From Massalongia carnosa (taxonomy: Eukaryota), in assembly GCA_965645245.1 (NCBI GenBank), contig OZ287085.1, positions 1 to 64,000 on the forward strand: DNA of 64,000 nucleotides, read 5' to 3'. The notes below the pieces were generated by a model, which worked only from the letters and a program-made list of their open reading frames with translations, searched no databases and was not told the DNA's origin. Of this stretch, positions 13,161-25,129 are shown piece after piece (position 1 is the first letter of the stretch; the number at the start of each line of letters is the position of its first letter). A program made the position numbers and the translations under genes.

Positions 13161-13900
13161 TTAATCAAGCCTTTGCGACGGCGTTATTGTCTTACCACTT
13201 CGACTGATGCGCATGTCTTTCATTCTATTCGCCTCCGGCTCAATCATGAAAGTTTTTTTTGGCAATGAAGTTCCTCTCGATCGCTTCTTAATAGGACTGG
13301 GCGAGAGAAATATAATTGAATCCGAAGGCGCAGGAAGCATCGGAGGCCTTTGAAGAGCTTTCTTAATGGGACTGCGTTGTTTTGACTCCATGAATAAATC
13401 GGGACTGAGTTTGTTGAAAGATTTTACCAAAAGATTGAACTCTTTGGTCATTTGTTTATCAATCTTTTCCTTTTCTTTGCTAGCTAGTTTTTGCTCTCGT
13501 TCCTCGAGAACCTCTGAATTCATGATTTTAGCAGTACCATAATGTCTTTTCACTCGATTTGCTCTCTCGTGATTACGACGAGCAGCTACAAGAAGGTCTT
13601 CGTTTGTAATCCTGAGAAGATGACTGCTTGCCAACGCGGATTTGCAGGCCTTTCCAAGCTTGGCGAGAATCAACTGATTTGAGTCATTGTCAGTCAATTG
13701 CGCCATTAAATTTTTGACTTGATCAGCATTTGCTGGAGTAAATGCCACTGAAACAGAGACAGCATTTGAACTCGTGACTGTCATTTTCGGAGGCGTTGAA
13801 GGATAAGGTGGACTAGGAAGTTTTTGAAGAACTATAGCAGGATTGAATGGAAAAAACCCACTTTTGGACCAGGCATGCTGAATATTTTGAGTGGATAAAC
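13161..13900 (-). pseudogene. pogo/Fot1-like DDE transposase C-terminal remnant
   Basis: QNIQHAWSKSGFFPFNPAIVLQKLP followed by a coiled-coil tail typical of fungal pogo transposases; 5' part missing. Confidence 0.7.
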
Positions 13901-14605
13901 ATCGGGAAATCGGGAGATAACTAATAGATCTTGATAATTAAATATTCGACTTTTTGGTTTCTTTAGTCTTTATTCGTCAACCTTTAGTCAGTTGCCTTTA
14001 TCTATTGTACGTCTTGTCGTCATATTAGTCAGTGCAACCTGCATCTCAACAAATAATCGTCGCTCTGTCTTTACTTCTCGTCTCGATAAGCTTTATTATT
14101 CTCTGTACCTTGACCTTTTAACAATTCAGTCGTCTATTATTCACTCTATCCTATCTTTACGTCCTTTTTATCCGCCGCAGAGTAATTTTGGTTGTTCAGC
14201 TGCTCTCTTTACATGTCGCATCGTCATACATTGACTTCGTTCCAACTTTTGTATCTTGCGTATAACATATCTTTATAATGCGCAACCCACATTGCATGTC
14301 TCATCAAAGATAATGTTACGTACATTCAGTTCTCGAAGATCAACAGCATTCTACATCATTATGTGGTTATGATTCTCATTGATCTTTGAATTGATGATTA
14401 TCTGTTACTTGATGACGAGAAAGCCTGCTTAATGCCTACAGAGCACAAATCTTAGGAGACCAACTACTACCGCGACGACATATTAAGCTCATCTGTTCTG
14501 GAACAATAGTTCCTCTTAGACGGAAGCCCTTCCTTATCCTATTAAAAAGCGCATGCGTTTAGGAAGCCAATTCTCTTTTATCCAAACATAACATAATAGG
14601 GTACG

Positions 14606-14778
14606 TGTGATGATGAAGCGAGACAGTGAATAGATTTCTACCATTGCGCCACCTGTCCTCCCGACCAAAAGACACAATACTTAGTCCGCAGACCAAGCTC
14701 TATTCTACTATAACTGGGACTCATGCTATGTTCGCTGTAGGTCCTGCCGTCCAGACCACGCATGGTCGAACCGTTACA
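14606..14778 (-). mobile_element. Solo LTR of the TRIM family at 15853-16422
   Basis: TG...CA termini; near-identical to 15853-16023 and 16253-16422; flanks GTACG/TTACG (4/5 TSD). Confidence 0.85.
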
Positions 14779-15450
14779 TTACGTTATAATCCCAAACGTT
14801 TAGTTATAATCCCAAACATAAACTAAACACCCAATCCATCGAGTCTAAAGGATTCAAGAGCACATGAAGGTCTAGATATATGGGACGTGCGATGGGGGGG
14901 CGCTCTCGGTCGCAATACAAATGGACTCGGTTGGTTATATTAACCTGACAAATATAGTCCACTACTTGATTTGTTCATCGGGACATAGATTACACTTTCC
15001 ACAGCATCCTTCGTATAGACGGTGGTCAAACATAATATAGATGAGTGTATCGATAGTGGATAAGAGATGGTTTGGATTATAGTCAAAAGGTGGTATAGAC
15101 GGTGGTCTGGATTGTGGTCAAAAGGTAATCTGGGTGGTGATCTGGATGGTAGATAAATGGTTGACGAAAGATGGTCTAGATGATGTTCAAACGGTAGCAT
15201 AAGAGGTGAACATTCAGTTCATGAAGAATGTGGCGAAGGGCCGATGCGGAGCGTCTATGAGCAGGTCTGGGGCAGGAATTAGGCTTTTCGGGGGTGCTTA
15301 CTATGTTCAGTACTATCATCTCCGCAAAAAACACTGTTGTCCTCTGCTATGTCCGCCGTTTTCAACGCTTCAGGTCTGAAGTGCCACGGACTCGTTGCCG
15401 CTTCCATGATACCTGGTAACTATTGTTACAGGTTAACGAATACTATAATA

Positions 15451-15746
15451 CTACCCCCCCCTGAACAATCCTGAAAACATGGGATTTTGCAAGGGCGGTA
15501 CGGGGGTATGTGCTAGGGTGAAAACGGGCGTAGATACAGGCTTGTCACAAATCAGACAGTCGAATCTTCTGGATATTTGGGGAAGGTAAAATCACTAAGG
15601 GATTCGCTGTAGGGCTGTACAGTAAAAATTATTTACATGTCCTGATTGGCTCAAAGCCCTGGTTTCCACCCATGTGCTGTCAAGTCATCACTCCCGTCCT
15701 CCCCTTGCAAAAAACCCATGTTTTCAAGATTGTTCAGGGGGGATAG
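15451..15746. mobile_element. Tc1/mariner-type MITE (~296 bp)
   Basis: ~45-bp imperfect TIRs (CTACCCCCCCCTGAACAATCCTGAAAACATGGGATTTTGCAAGGG and its reverse complement), TA on both sides, no ORF. Confidence 0.8.
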
Positions 15747-15852
15747 TATGTGAGGTTTGACATACTGAGCCTTTTACAGAGATGATCTACGGTAAGCTAA
15801 CATCAACTAACCCTAATCTTACAGCTAACAAGATTTTCTTGATCTAACAGGG

Positions 15853-16422
15853 TGTGACGAAGCGAGATAGTGAATAGATTTCTGCCATTGCGCCACCTGT
15901 CCTTCCCGACCAAAAGGCACAATACTTAGCCCGCAGACCAAGCTCTATTCTACTATAACTGGGACTCCTGTTATGTTCGCTGTAGGTCCTGCCGTTCGCA
16001 CCACGCTTGGTCGAACCGTTACACTACCGCCCGTCCAGCTGCGGCTAGCCCCTAGCCGCTTCCAGTTATAGTTAGCCCCGAAGAATGGGTTCTACTTAGC
16101 GTACTGCCCTCGCCGATCCGACTTAGAGAGTTTTCATTCAACGCTTTCCCGTTTCGTCCTAGCTTCAGTCCGTCGAAGCAAGGTGAAAAAGCGAGGAACT
16201 CAGGTCAGGAATCGAACTCACGACTAGTACACCGATTGATGACTAAGTATTCTGTGACGAAGCGAGATAGTGAATAGATTTCTACCATTGCGCCACCTGT
16301 CCTCCAGACCAAAAGGCACAATACTTAGTCCGCAGACCAAGCTCTATTCTACTATAACTGGGACTCCTGCTATGTTCGCTTTAGGTCTTGCCGTCCGCAC
16401 CACGCTTGGTCGAACCGTTACA
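15853..16422 (-). mobile_element. TRIM (terminal-repeat retrotransposon in miniature), 570 bp
   Basis: Two ~170-bp TG...CA LTRs (15853-16023, 16253-16422), a 229-bp non-coding interior, a perfect 5-bp TSD CAGGG, and a purine-rich PPT-like tract next to the left LTR on the minus strand. Confidence 0.9.
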
Positions 16423-17052
16423 CAGGGGCTGTTTAAGCTAACAGGAATCGTTAGCATATCATAACAAAGTCAACGATCCTAACACGCTAGCTTCGGTTGC
16501 AATGGAAAACTTGGTCATTTTACTTTTCGCTCGATTTCTTCTACTTTGCTCGTTTCCCAAATCCACAGGTATTGCATATTCCTTGTTGCTTTTTTTTTCA
16601 TTATGTCAACATCAACAACCCACAAAGAATCACAATGGTACGAACCTCCCCAGGATGTATAGAAACCAACGCGTATCGCTGATCGCTGACTTTGCTTTTC
16701 CTTCGAGAACTCTCAGGAGTTTGATGATTCGCCTTCCGAGGAAGAGTTGCCTACATTGACACAACTAAAACGCTCTCGTGCACAATTTGATGGAAGTAAC
16801 ACTTACGGAGACAACAAACGCTCACATCGCCTGTCTTGTGTGGACGAGTTGGCTGAATCTAGTACTGGCAACGACTCAAGCGATGTAAGTTTCTAGCCGA
16901 GTGTAAATAGTATAGTCATGAATGCATGTATCGGGTTCTGACTTAGAACAGAAAACGCCGATAACTAAGTACGTGGCGAGGACATTACGGGCCGGCGCAG
17001 GCCGCGGTATTCAATACAGCTCAAGTTCTCCATCTCGAAGGAGCTCCTTACG

Positions 17053-17353
17053 TGTCACGGTGCGAGGGCGTGTAGTAATTCAGGTGGTGCAAACGTGAGA
17101 CTTGATTGTCTAGCTAAATGGACAAGACGTTCGACAAATAGAAAAGAAACAGTAGAACGAAAAGACATGCCTATTACTCCTGATAACTAAGCTAGTCCAC
17201 CTTCGGACGTTTTCTGCCCTGATTACCATGTTGACTTCGTCATGCTTTCGGCATGCACTTCCGCAATGCTATTACATCATGACTGTTCTTAGCACCTCCG
17301 GAAGACTAGTTCTTCCCGTTCCGACGTGGCATGTGCTTTGTCACCCCGTGACA
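17053..17353. mobile_element. Solo LTR (301 bp)
   Basis: TGTCACGG...CCGTGACA inverted termini and a perfect TSD TTACG. Confidence 0.88.
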
Positions 17354-17412
17354 TTACGAAGGGAAACATTACCTTCGTCTCCACCGAGAAACCCTTCCCG
17401 CGCCCTGGATAA

Positions 17413-18300
17413 CATCTTGTCGCCTTCACAAATACGCACTCGTCGGGGTTTGCCTGCGACTACTGCTCGAAAGGCCGGCGCTCCTCGCGAAGACGCTCAA
17501 GCAGGCCCTGCTTTTAACACTCGCGCCCGTTCCATGTCCCGTCATTCGGCTCGCTCTGATAGTATGCCAGGGACGTTGGAAGACTCCGAGCTTACACCCG
17601 GTGAGCAGATGGGAGACGAGACAGAATGCACACTAGAAAAGACCCCGAACGCTGGGTCAGGAAATGAGAAGGAAGGGGCTCACGAGATTGACATCTCGGA
17701 ACATCCATACTACGAACGAGAAACTCGGAAACATCCCGCACGTTACAAAATTCGCAACCTAGAAGACTTCCGAAATGCCGTCCTAGACGAGAACGAAGGT
17801 CCTCGTTGGTATGAGTTTTTGTCCAGAGCAATTCCCTATGACAAAACAATGTACGAAAAAAGCTTCGGGCTTCATGAGAAGCTTATCAAGACCAAGAAGC
17901 ATTTAGAACAATATAAGCAGATTAATGACCGTTTCGCTGACGAAAAGGATGAAGACGAACGCCAAATCCTTCTTGCTCAGGAAGAGCTTTCGCATAAAGA
18001 AATTAAGTTGGAAGAAGCCCTCCGGGCCCAACAGGACTTACAGAAAGAGAAGGAGAATCTTGAGCGACGGCTAGCAGCTCCCGACTCCTCTCGTGGCCAA
18101 CGGGAGGACACTGCTACAACCCAGAGCACCACTATAAATCCCCAAAACTGGCGTCCACGTGGCATTCACCCCAGCAAGCCTCTGAAAGGCGAAGACGCTG
18201 AGGAATATAGTCCTTGGCAATACTCACTCCGAAACAAGCTTAAGACTGATTCTCCGCTTTACGCCAACGAGGGCGAAAAGGTCAGTTATGCTCTATCATA
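17413..18300 (+). pseudogene. Truncated Ty3/Gypsy gag
   Basis: Coiled coil then capsid-like EEYSPWQYSLRNKLKTDSPLYANEGEKVSYALSY, breaking off at ~18300. The ORF-track start at 17228 lies inside the solo LTR. Confidence 0.6.
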
Positions 18301-19399
18301 TTCATTTGTGGAAATTCCGGCTCGAGATCTTTCCACTGTTGTAGAATAGGACCCGAGCGATCATGCATCGCTGTGTATTATAAATAAGTTGAACACAATG
18401 AGAAAAGATCTGATTTATTGTATCAGTTAACCTACTTCGCTGACGATAGCAGTTGAACTCGTCATCTACAGCGAGCGGAGTAGCATTATTCGTACTCAGA
18501 AGAAGATCCAGATTATTCAAGTCTCGAATGACCTCGACATTACGCCCGCGTACTTGTGAGGTTTGAGAATTCTCGTAGATATCGAATTCCGCTTCCAGAG
18601 ATTGACAGTATTGATCTTCCCATCCTGAGTTTTAGAATAGTATTGACGTAATTTCGTTGCAGCCGCCTCGATGCCATTCAATAGCGCACGTTTCCACGAT
18701 ACTCGCTTACGAGATAATCTTGCGCGAGCTTGATCCAGATTATTGGAATTTGGCGAGATACCTGAATATTTGCGACCGAGGTTCTTTTGCCTCCTGCTTA
18801 CTAATTTCCAGATTAGGCAATCATATGCTATATGCGAAAAGCTTCAGATATCGGCACGACTTCGGCAACTACGAGGAGGCAAAGGTATGCAGCAATAATG
18901 CTACATTTCGGAGGCAATTCAGCTGTTCATGATCACTGAGTGTCTCGGTATCTCCGGTCAGCAATAAGGTACATTTTGCCCAGCTGAAAAGGTTCAAAGG
19001 AAGCAGGTTTATGCATTTGATATAGGCCGCGATGGAGGCCCTCAAGCAGTATAAAGAGACGATGATTCCTCATATAATTTAGCTATTCAGTCGTTGAGAA
19101 TTCAGTTCAGCAGATAGCTAAATTTGGAGTATCTTCACTGGAAATACGGAGTACCCGCAACACGTTTGCAAGCACCTCTCTTTGCCTATCCTTGATAGCC
19201 CTAGACCCTCTTCTCCTGCATCCCGCTGCCGTATGCCTGGTTGTAAGACGTATGCTTCTACTCATAGGGCGTGTTGGTCACGTGAATGGGGTGTCTCAAT
19301 AATCTATGTTATTGATCTATGCCCTTAGAATAAGGTGGGCATCGACCTCTTTATCCTACAGACGTGTCTCCCCCTAAGACTCCGTTAACCCTGCATAGA

Positions 19400-22300
19400 G
19401 TACGAAATAACAAACGCTAAAGAAACAGCAAAAGCACTAATTGACAGCGGAAGTGAAGTTAACCTTATTTCTAGAGCTTACGCAAATATATGCGCTCTGA
19501 CAGTGTTACACTCCAGCGTCAGTTTGGAAGCTATTAATCACCAGCAAGTCATGACACATGGCATGGGTCTGTTGGTGTTCGGGGTAACTGATCAATTAGG
19601 TCAGCAACGTTTCTTTGAGGAAACATTCCTAATAGCAGATATACCTCATAATATCGTGTTGGGCATGCCATTCCTGCAGCTAGCCAATCCCGATATCGAT
19701 TGGTCAGCAAGGACCCTGAATTGGCGAGAACTAAGCGTTCAATCGGCCCTGATGACTACTCATCGGATAGAGATTATAGAACCAGAAGTCTTCATAGAAG
19801 AGGCGTTATCAGAAGATACACCGACCTACGTGGTCCATGCTAAGGCGCTAGGTGTAGATAACATCCATTCGAGCCGTCGAGCTAGAATAGCCTCAGTGAA
19901 GGTACAAGAAATCAAGGTCCCTGAGGCTTATACGGATTTCGCAGATGTCTTTTCGGAAGATAGTGCAGCCAAGCTACCAGAGCACGGGCTACATGATCAT
20001 GCGATCGACCTCGTGGATGGAAAGCAGCCTCCATATGGACCTATTTATAGCCTATCAGAAACAGAGCTCACAGTGCTAAGGGCCTACCTCGATGCTCACC
20101 TGGCTAATGGGTTTATCCGGCCATCTACCTCACCAGCTGGAGCTCCTATTCTCTTCGTGCCTAAGGCAAATGGTACCCTGAGGCTCTGCGTGGATTATAG
20201 GGGTCTGAACAATCTGACAGTTAAAAATCGCTACCCGCTACCATTAGTAGGCGAGTCTTTAGATCGACTAGGACGGGCCAAACAGTACACCCAATTGGAT
20301 TTGACTGCAGCCTATAATCGCATCAGAATTAAGAAAGGCGACGAATAGAAGACAGCCTTTCGCACCCGATATGGCTATTTCGAATACTGCGTCATGCCGT
20401 TCGGATTATTCAATGCTCCGGCCTCCTTCCAAGCCTATATCAATAAAGCGTTGGCACTAAAACTGGATGTCTTCTGCATCGTTTATTTGGATGATATACT
20501 GATCTATACCGAACAGAAGGGTAAGGCCCATGAAGATGCTGTGCGATGGGTGTTAGAACAACTCCGCAAGCATGGCTTATTTTGTAACTTACAAAAATGC
20601 CGATTCAGCACCGACGAAGTCGAATTCCTAGGCTATGTCATCAATCCTAAGGGTGTTTATATGCGAAAAGATCGCATCCAAGCAGGGCAAAATTGGCCAC
20701 GGCCCACATGCGTACGCGATGTACAGGTATTCATAGGCTTCGCGAATTTCTATAGACGATTCATTCGTGGGTTCAGTAAAATAGCAGGGCCACTTACCGC
20801 TATGCTGAAAACAAAGCCCGCTAATCATAGACAGAAAGCACCTAAGGGTGTCGAAAGCGAGTTCCTTACGGAGGAAGCTCTAGAGGCTTTTGAGAAGCTG
20901 AAAAAGTCGTTCATAGAGGCCCCGATACTAAGGCATTACGATGCTAGTAAACCAGTACGCGTGGAAACCGATGCGTCAGGTTATGCTATTGGCGGCATAT
21001 TGGCTCAGCAAGATGACGAGGGACAATGGCACCCTGTTGCCTATTACTCACGCAAGATGCTACCGGCTGAGCGTAATTACGAGACCCATGATGCTGAACT
21101 ATTAGCGATAGTCGAGGCCTTCAAAATTTGGAGACATTACCTTGAGGGGTCGTCTCACGAAATTCTCGTGTTGACTGATCACAATAACCTTACAAGGTTT
21201 ATGGATACCAAGCGCCTAAGCGGCAGGCAAGTAAGGTGGGCTCAAGAGCTTTCCAGGTATAATTTCCGCATCGATTATCGTCAGGGTAAGAGGAACCCAG
21301 CCGATGGGCTGTCAAGACCTCCTACCGCTGGCGATGATGATGGCGAAGTGCTGGTTGAAAACCGCAAAACGCTCCACCTTTTGCAGACATCCCTAGCAGA
21401 TAAGAACGCACGCGTTTGTCTAATGAGGGCAATGTCAGGGGAGTCGTTAGATGATGCTTCTGGCCCGACGGGGTCTCACCACGGTGAAATATGGAAGATC
21501 ATAACATGCGGAACATTGGTTGTTCCGAAGGTGAAGGCATACTGGAGTTCATTGCGAAACTCTCTCGCACAGCGCGAGTCACCTTATACTCAACCCGCTT
21601 CTAGGGGAGTATTAGAGCGTCTTCCTGAGTTGCAACAGGTTGACGAGGTCGCTATCACTGTTCGGAAAAGGTTAGCTACCTTGAAAGACAGTGACGTGTC
21701 GGGGACACAGGAGGTGGCGCCCTCCAGCGAGCCATGGTCGGACTCGGACCACTGTCTATTCCATGAAGGAAAGGCCTACATCCCAGCCTCCTTACGAGGA
21801 GAAATTCTTGAGTTAAATCATGATGATCCGCTGGCAGGGCACTTCGGGAAAGACAAGACGATTGAGCTAGTGAGTAGAAAGTACTACTGGCCATCGATGA
21901 AGTCAGACATAGCACGCTATGTAGAGGGTTGCGACGTCTGCATGAGTAGCAAAGCTACGAGGCATAAGCCTTATAGAAACTTGCAGTCGTTGCCTATACC
22001 AACTCATAAGTGGAAGGACATTACGATGGACTTCGTCACTGGCTTACCTAAGAGTAAGGACTGGAGGGGAGTTGATTATGACTCCATCCTAGTCGACGTT
22101 GATAGGCTCACCAAGATGGTGCACTATGAGGCAGTGAAGAAAACGCTGACTGCTGAACAGTTAGCTGAAGTGCTAAGGCACTGCGTGTTCAAGTATCACG
22201 GCCTACCTGACTCCATAGTCACCGATCGGGGCTCGCTATTTACATCAAACTTCTGGTCATCCCTATGCTATTACATGAAGATAAAGCGTAGGCTAAGCAC

Positions 22301-24195
22301 AGCCTTCCATCCACAAACAGACGGTCAGACAGAACGTCAAAATAGTACCATGGAAGCTTACCTTAGGTCTTACTGCCGTTTCGAGCAAGATTACTGGGTG
22401 CAATGGCTCCCTACCGCTGAATTTGCATACAATAACTCCCGTCATTCAAGCACCAAGCTCACCCCGTTCGAGGCTAATATAGGCTACCACCCAAGGATGA
22501 GTTATGAAGATAACCAAGACCCTCGATCGAAGTCGAAGACAGCTGAGGAACAGGCTAAAAATCTACGCGATTTGTTAGCAGAGTTGAAAAATAACCTGCA
22601 ATTAGCCCAAGACAATCAAGCCAAATATCACAATAGAACGGTGAAAGAACGTTGCTACGCTCCCGATGAAATGGTTTGGCTAAACAGCAAACATATTAAG
22701 ACGAAAAGGAACAAGAAGCTTGAGCATAAGTTCTTGGGTCCCTTTAAGGTGTTGAGGCCTGTGGGCACTCAAGCTTACGAGCTAGAACTTCCGAAAAGTT
22801 GGAAAATACACCCAGTCTTTCATGTGTCTCTGCTGGAAAGAGACACCACCAGAAGGGAGGTAGTAGACGAACAAATGGCTGAACAGCTTGAATTCGAAGA
22901 CGATGACATGCAAGAGTATAAAGTAGAGTGCATACGAGATAGTGCAGTCTATGCAAAAGAAGCAGAAGACGGACGACCGGCTGGATTATATTATCTAGTG
23001 CATTGGAAAGGTTATCCCGACGCGGAACACACATGGGAGCCCGTCGCCGGCGTCAAACATCTACGAAAGCTATTGAGGGAATTTCATGAGAAAAATCCTA
23101 CCAAGCCAACAGCAAAGTCCACCCCTCAGGCCACTAGGACTCCCTCATTAGCGAAAGAAACAGGACGACGCACAAAGAGGACTAAATAAGGCCAGCACTC
23201 TTTTCCTACCACCTGCCCACGAAAAAAGGTTGGAGGTTTTTAATGAGGCTGCGCTAGGAGCTCAGCAATGTGTTGCAGTAACGTCATGCTCGATTCCATC
23301 CAGGCCAGTAGCTCTTTTCCTAGCACCTTCCCTAGAAGGGAGGTGGGAGGTTTTTAATGAGGCTGAGCCAGAGCATCAAGTTATGTTATCCTAATATCTT
23401 CCAAGCTCTTACAAATCCCAACTCTTGCTAGCCTGCATTCAAGCGGCCATCGACGTTAAAGCCATCGGCACGATTAACCGCTTGCAATTACCACGCGATG
23501 ATGGGCTGAACGCACGAACTACCTGGGATGAATTTCGCAGGAGCTCATTACTAGAAGGGAGGTAATTGTAATAGCGCGGCAATACAGGACTGCGCTAGCT
23601 CCTGAGATGACTCACCCAAGAAGACCGGGTGACTGATAATCCGGATGCTTAGTCATGATAAGGCGGATAGCAATACTAAGCCATCAGCAATCAGCCTTAC
23701 CAGTTTATTAGGCAGCAACTGAAGCTATTCAGATAAGCCTCGATCTCATGGGAGGCCTGGGACGCCTAGGAGACCTCAGCTGAAGGCAACAAGGCTATCT
23801 GCTAGACCTCAGCTGAAGGCAACAAGGCTATCTGCTAGACCTCAGCTGAAGGCAACAAGGCTATCTGCTAGACCTCAGCTGAAGGCAACAAGGTTATCTG
23901 CTAGACCTCAGCTGAAGGCAGCAAGGCTATCTGCTAGACCTCAGCTGAAGGCAACAAGGTTATCTGCTAGACCTCAGCTGAAGGCAGCAAGGCTATCTAC
24001 TAGACCTCAGCTGAAGGCAACAAGGCAGACAGGTAACCAGACAAGTAGTTAGTAAATAGGACCCCAAGGGGTATATAGAAAGCTCGATTCCCATCTTCAG
24101 GGAATCAGCTTTTAGCTTTAGCACCTACCAATCTATTAGCAGTCACACTGAGCATTATAACCCATAAGGACTAGTGTCTACTGTCCCTCTTATAT
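19400..24195 (+). mobile_element. Chromovirus (Ty3/Gypsy) 3' half: pol (PR-RT-RH-IN-chromodomain) plus PPT and 3' LTR
   Basis: ALIDSGS protease; YLDD RT; integrase HHCC and DDE with HPQTDGQTER; GPF motif; chromodomain YLVHWKGYPDAEHTWEP. One TGG>TAG stop at 20346. PPT AGAAGGGAGG precedes the LTR at 23567. Confidence 0.93.
23567..24195 (+). repeat. 3' LTR (629 bp) containing 8 tandem 33-bp units
   Basis: Homologous to the inverted copy at 51951-52447. Units GACCTCAGCTGAAGGCAACAAGGCTATCTGCTA start at 23772 with a period of 33. Confidence 0.9.
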
Positions 24196-25129
24196 CTTCA
24201 TTAGCAACATGCCATCTCGTACTTCGCCACCATTCCATAAACTCCTCGCTCTTCTCGGCCACATATGCGTAGCATCTGCCCATAACTTGAAGATCGTATA
24301 TCTCTGAATCTATCATCTGCAAGCTGCTCATTGTTGCGAATGACAAGGATTGTATATATAGGAATGTATATACAGGATGTAACTGTAGGAATGTAGCTGT
24401 AGGAATGTAACTTCATTGACTAGATTATGCTGCGATAAAGCATTAATAACTACGTTTACGTTCTAAACACTCAGTCAAATCCAACGCATGCATAAATATT
24501 CCACCTAAACTAGCCAACCAAACCTAGTCATACTGAACCTAACTATACCCAACCTAACCTAGTTGCCACGCGCGACCACTGATAACCTGTCTGCTTGCCT
24601 GTTTGCTTTTAGATATGGCACCGAAGACTCCGCGCAAGCGTACGCGCAAACCTGCGCGAATTCCAAACCGAACACTCGACAGAATACCCGGACCAGGTGC
24701 CAGAACTGGTGCGATAAGAAAACCAACCACCAGGAAGAGTATGCCTGGTGGTAAGTAGATGGTATAGTTGAGAATACATAAGATACTAACGCCGATCGCC
24801 ACGTTGATAAGTCAAGGTCCATTACTAAGCATGTGATTTGGGTAACCCAATGAAAACCCAACCCGAACCCAACCCAACCCAACAATAACCCTACCCGAAC
24901 CCAACACATCATTGGGTTGGGTTCTTTACGTGAGAACCCAACCCAACCCATCCCATTCCGCGGCGTAGGTATTAGTGTATGCAAAATGATTTGGAATTTC
25001 GCTTATGAAAACACATACCACCAACACGACCCCACCATTCAGACTCCAAAATCATAATTTTCCTAGATATTTCCTACACCAAAATCCTAACATATTTTTA
25101 TAATTTGGTAGACATCTATAGAAATTATT

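Noticed and set aside
14930..15210. AGATGGT/TAGAC-rich low-complexity stretch with a small ORF
   Set aside because: Degenerate simple repeats with no defined boundaries or credible protein.
23772..24026. 33-bp palindromic repeats resembling a CRISPR array
   Set aside because: The units are head-to-tail with no unique spacers, lie inside an LTR, and no cas genes are present.
24196..24970. Possible hAT-like transposon end (ACCCA-rich inverted motifs, short minus-strand ORF remnant)
   Set aside because: No second terminus, TSD or recognisable catalytic motif is visible; too weak to call.
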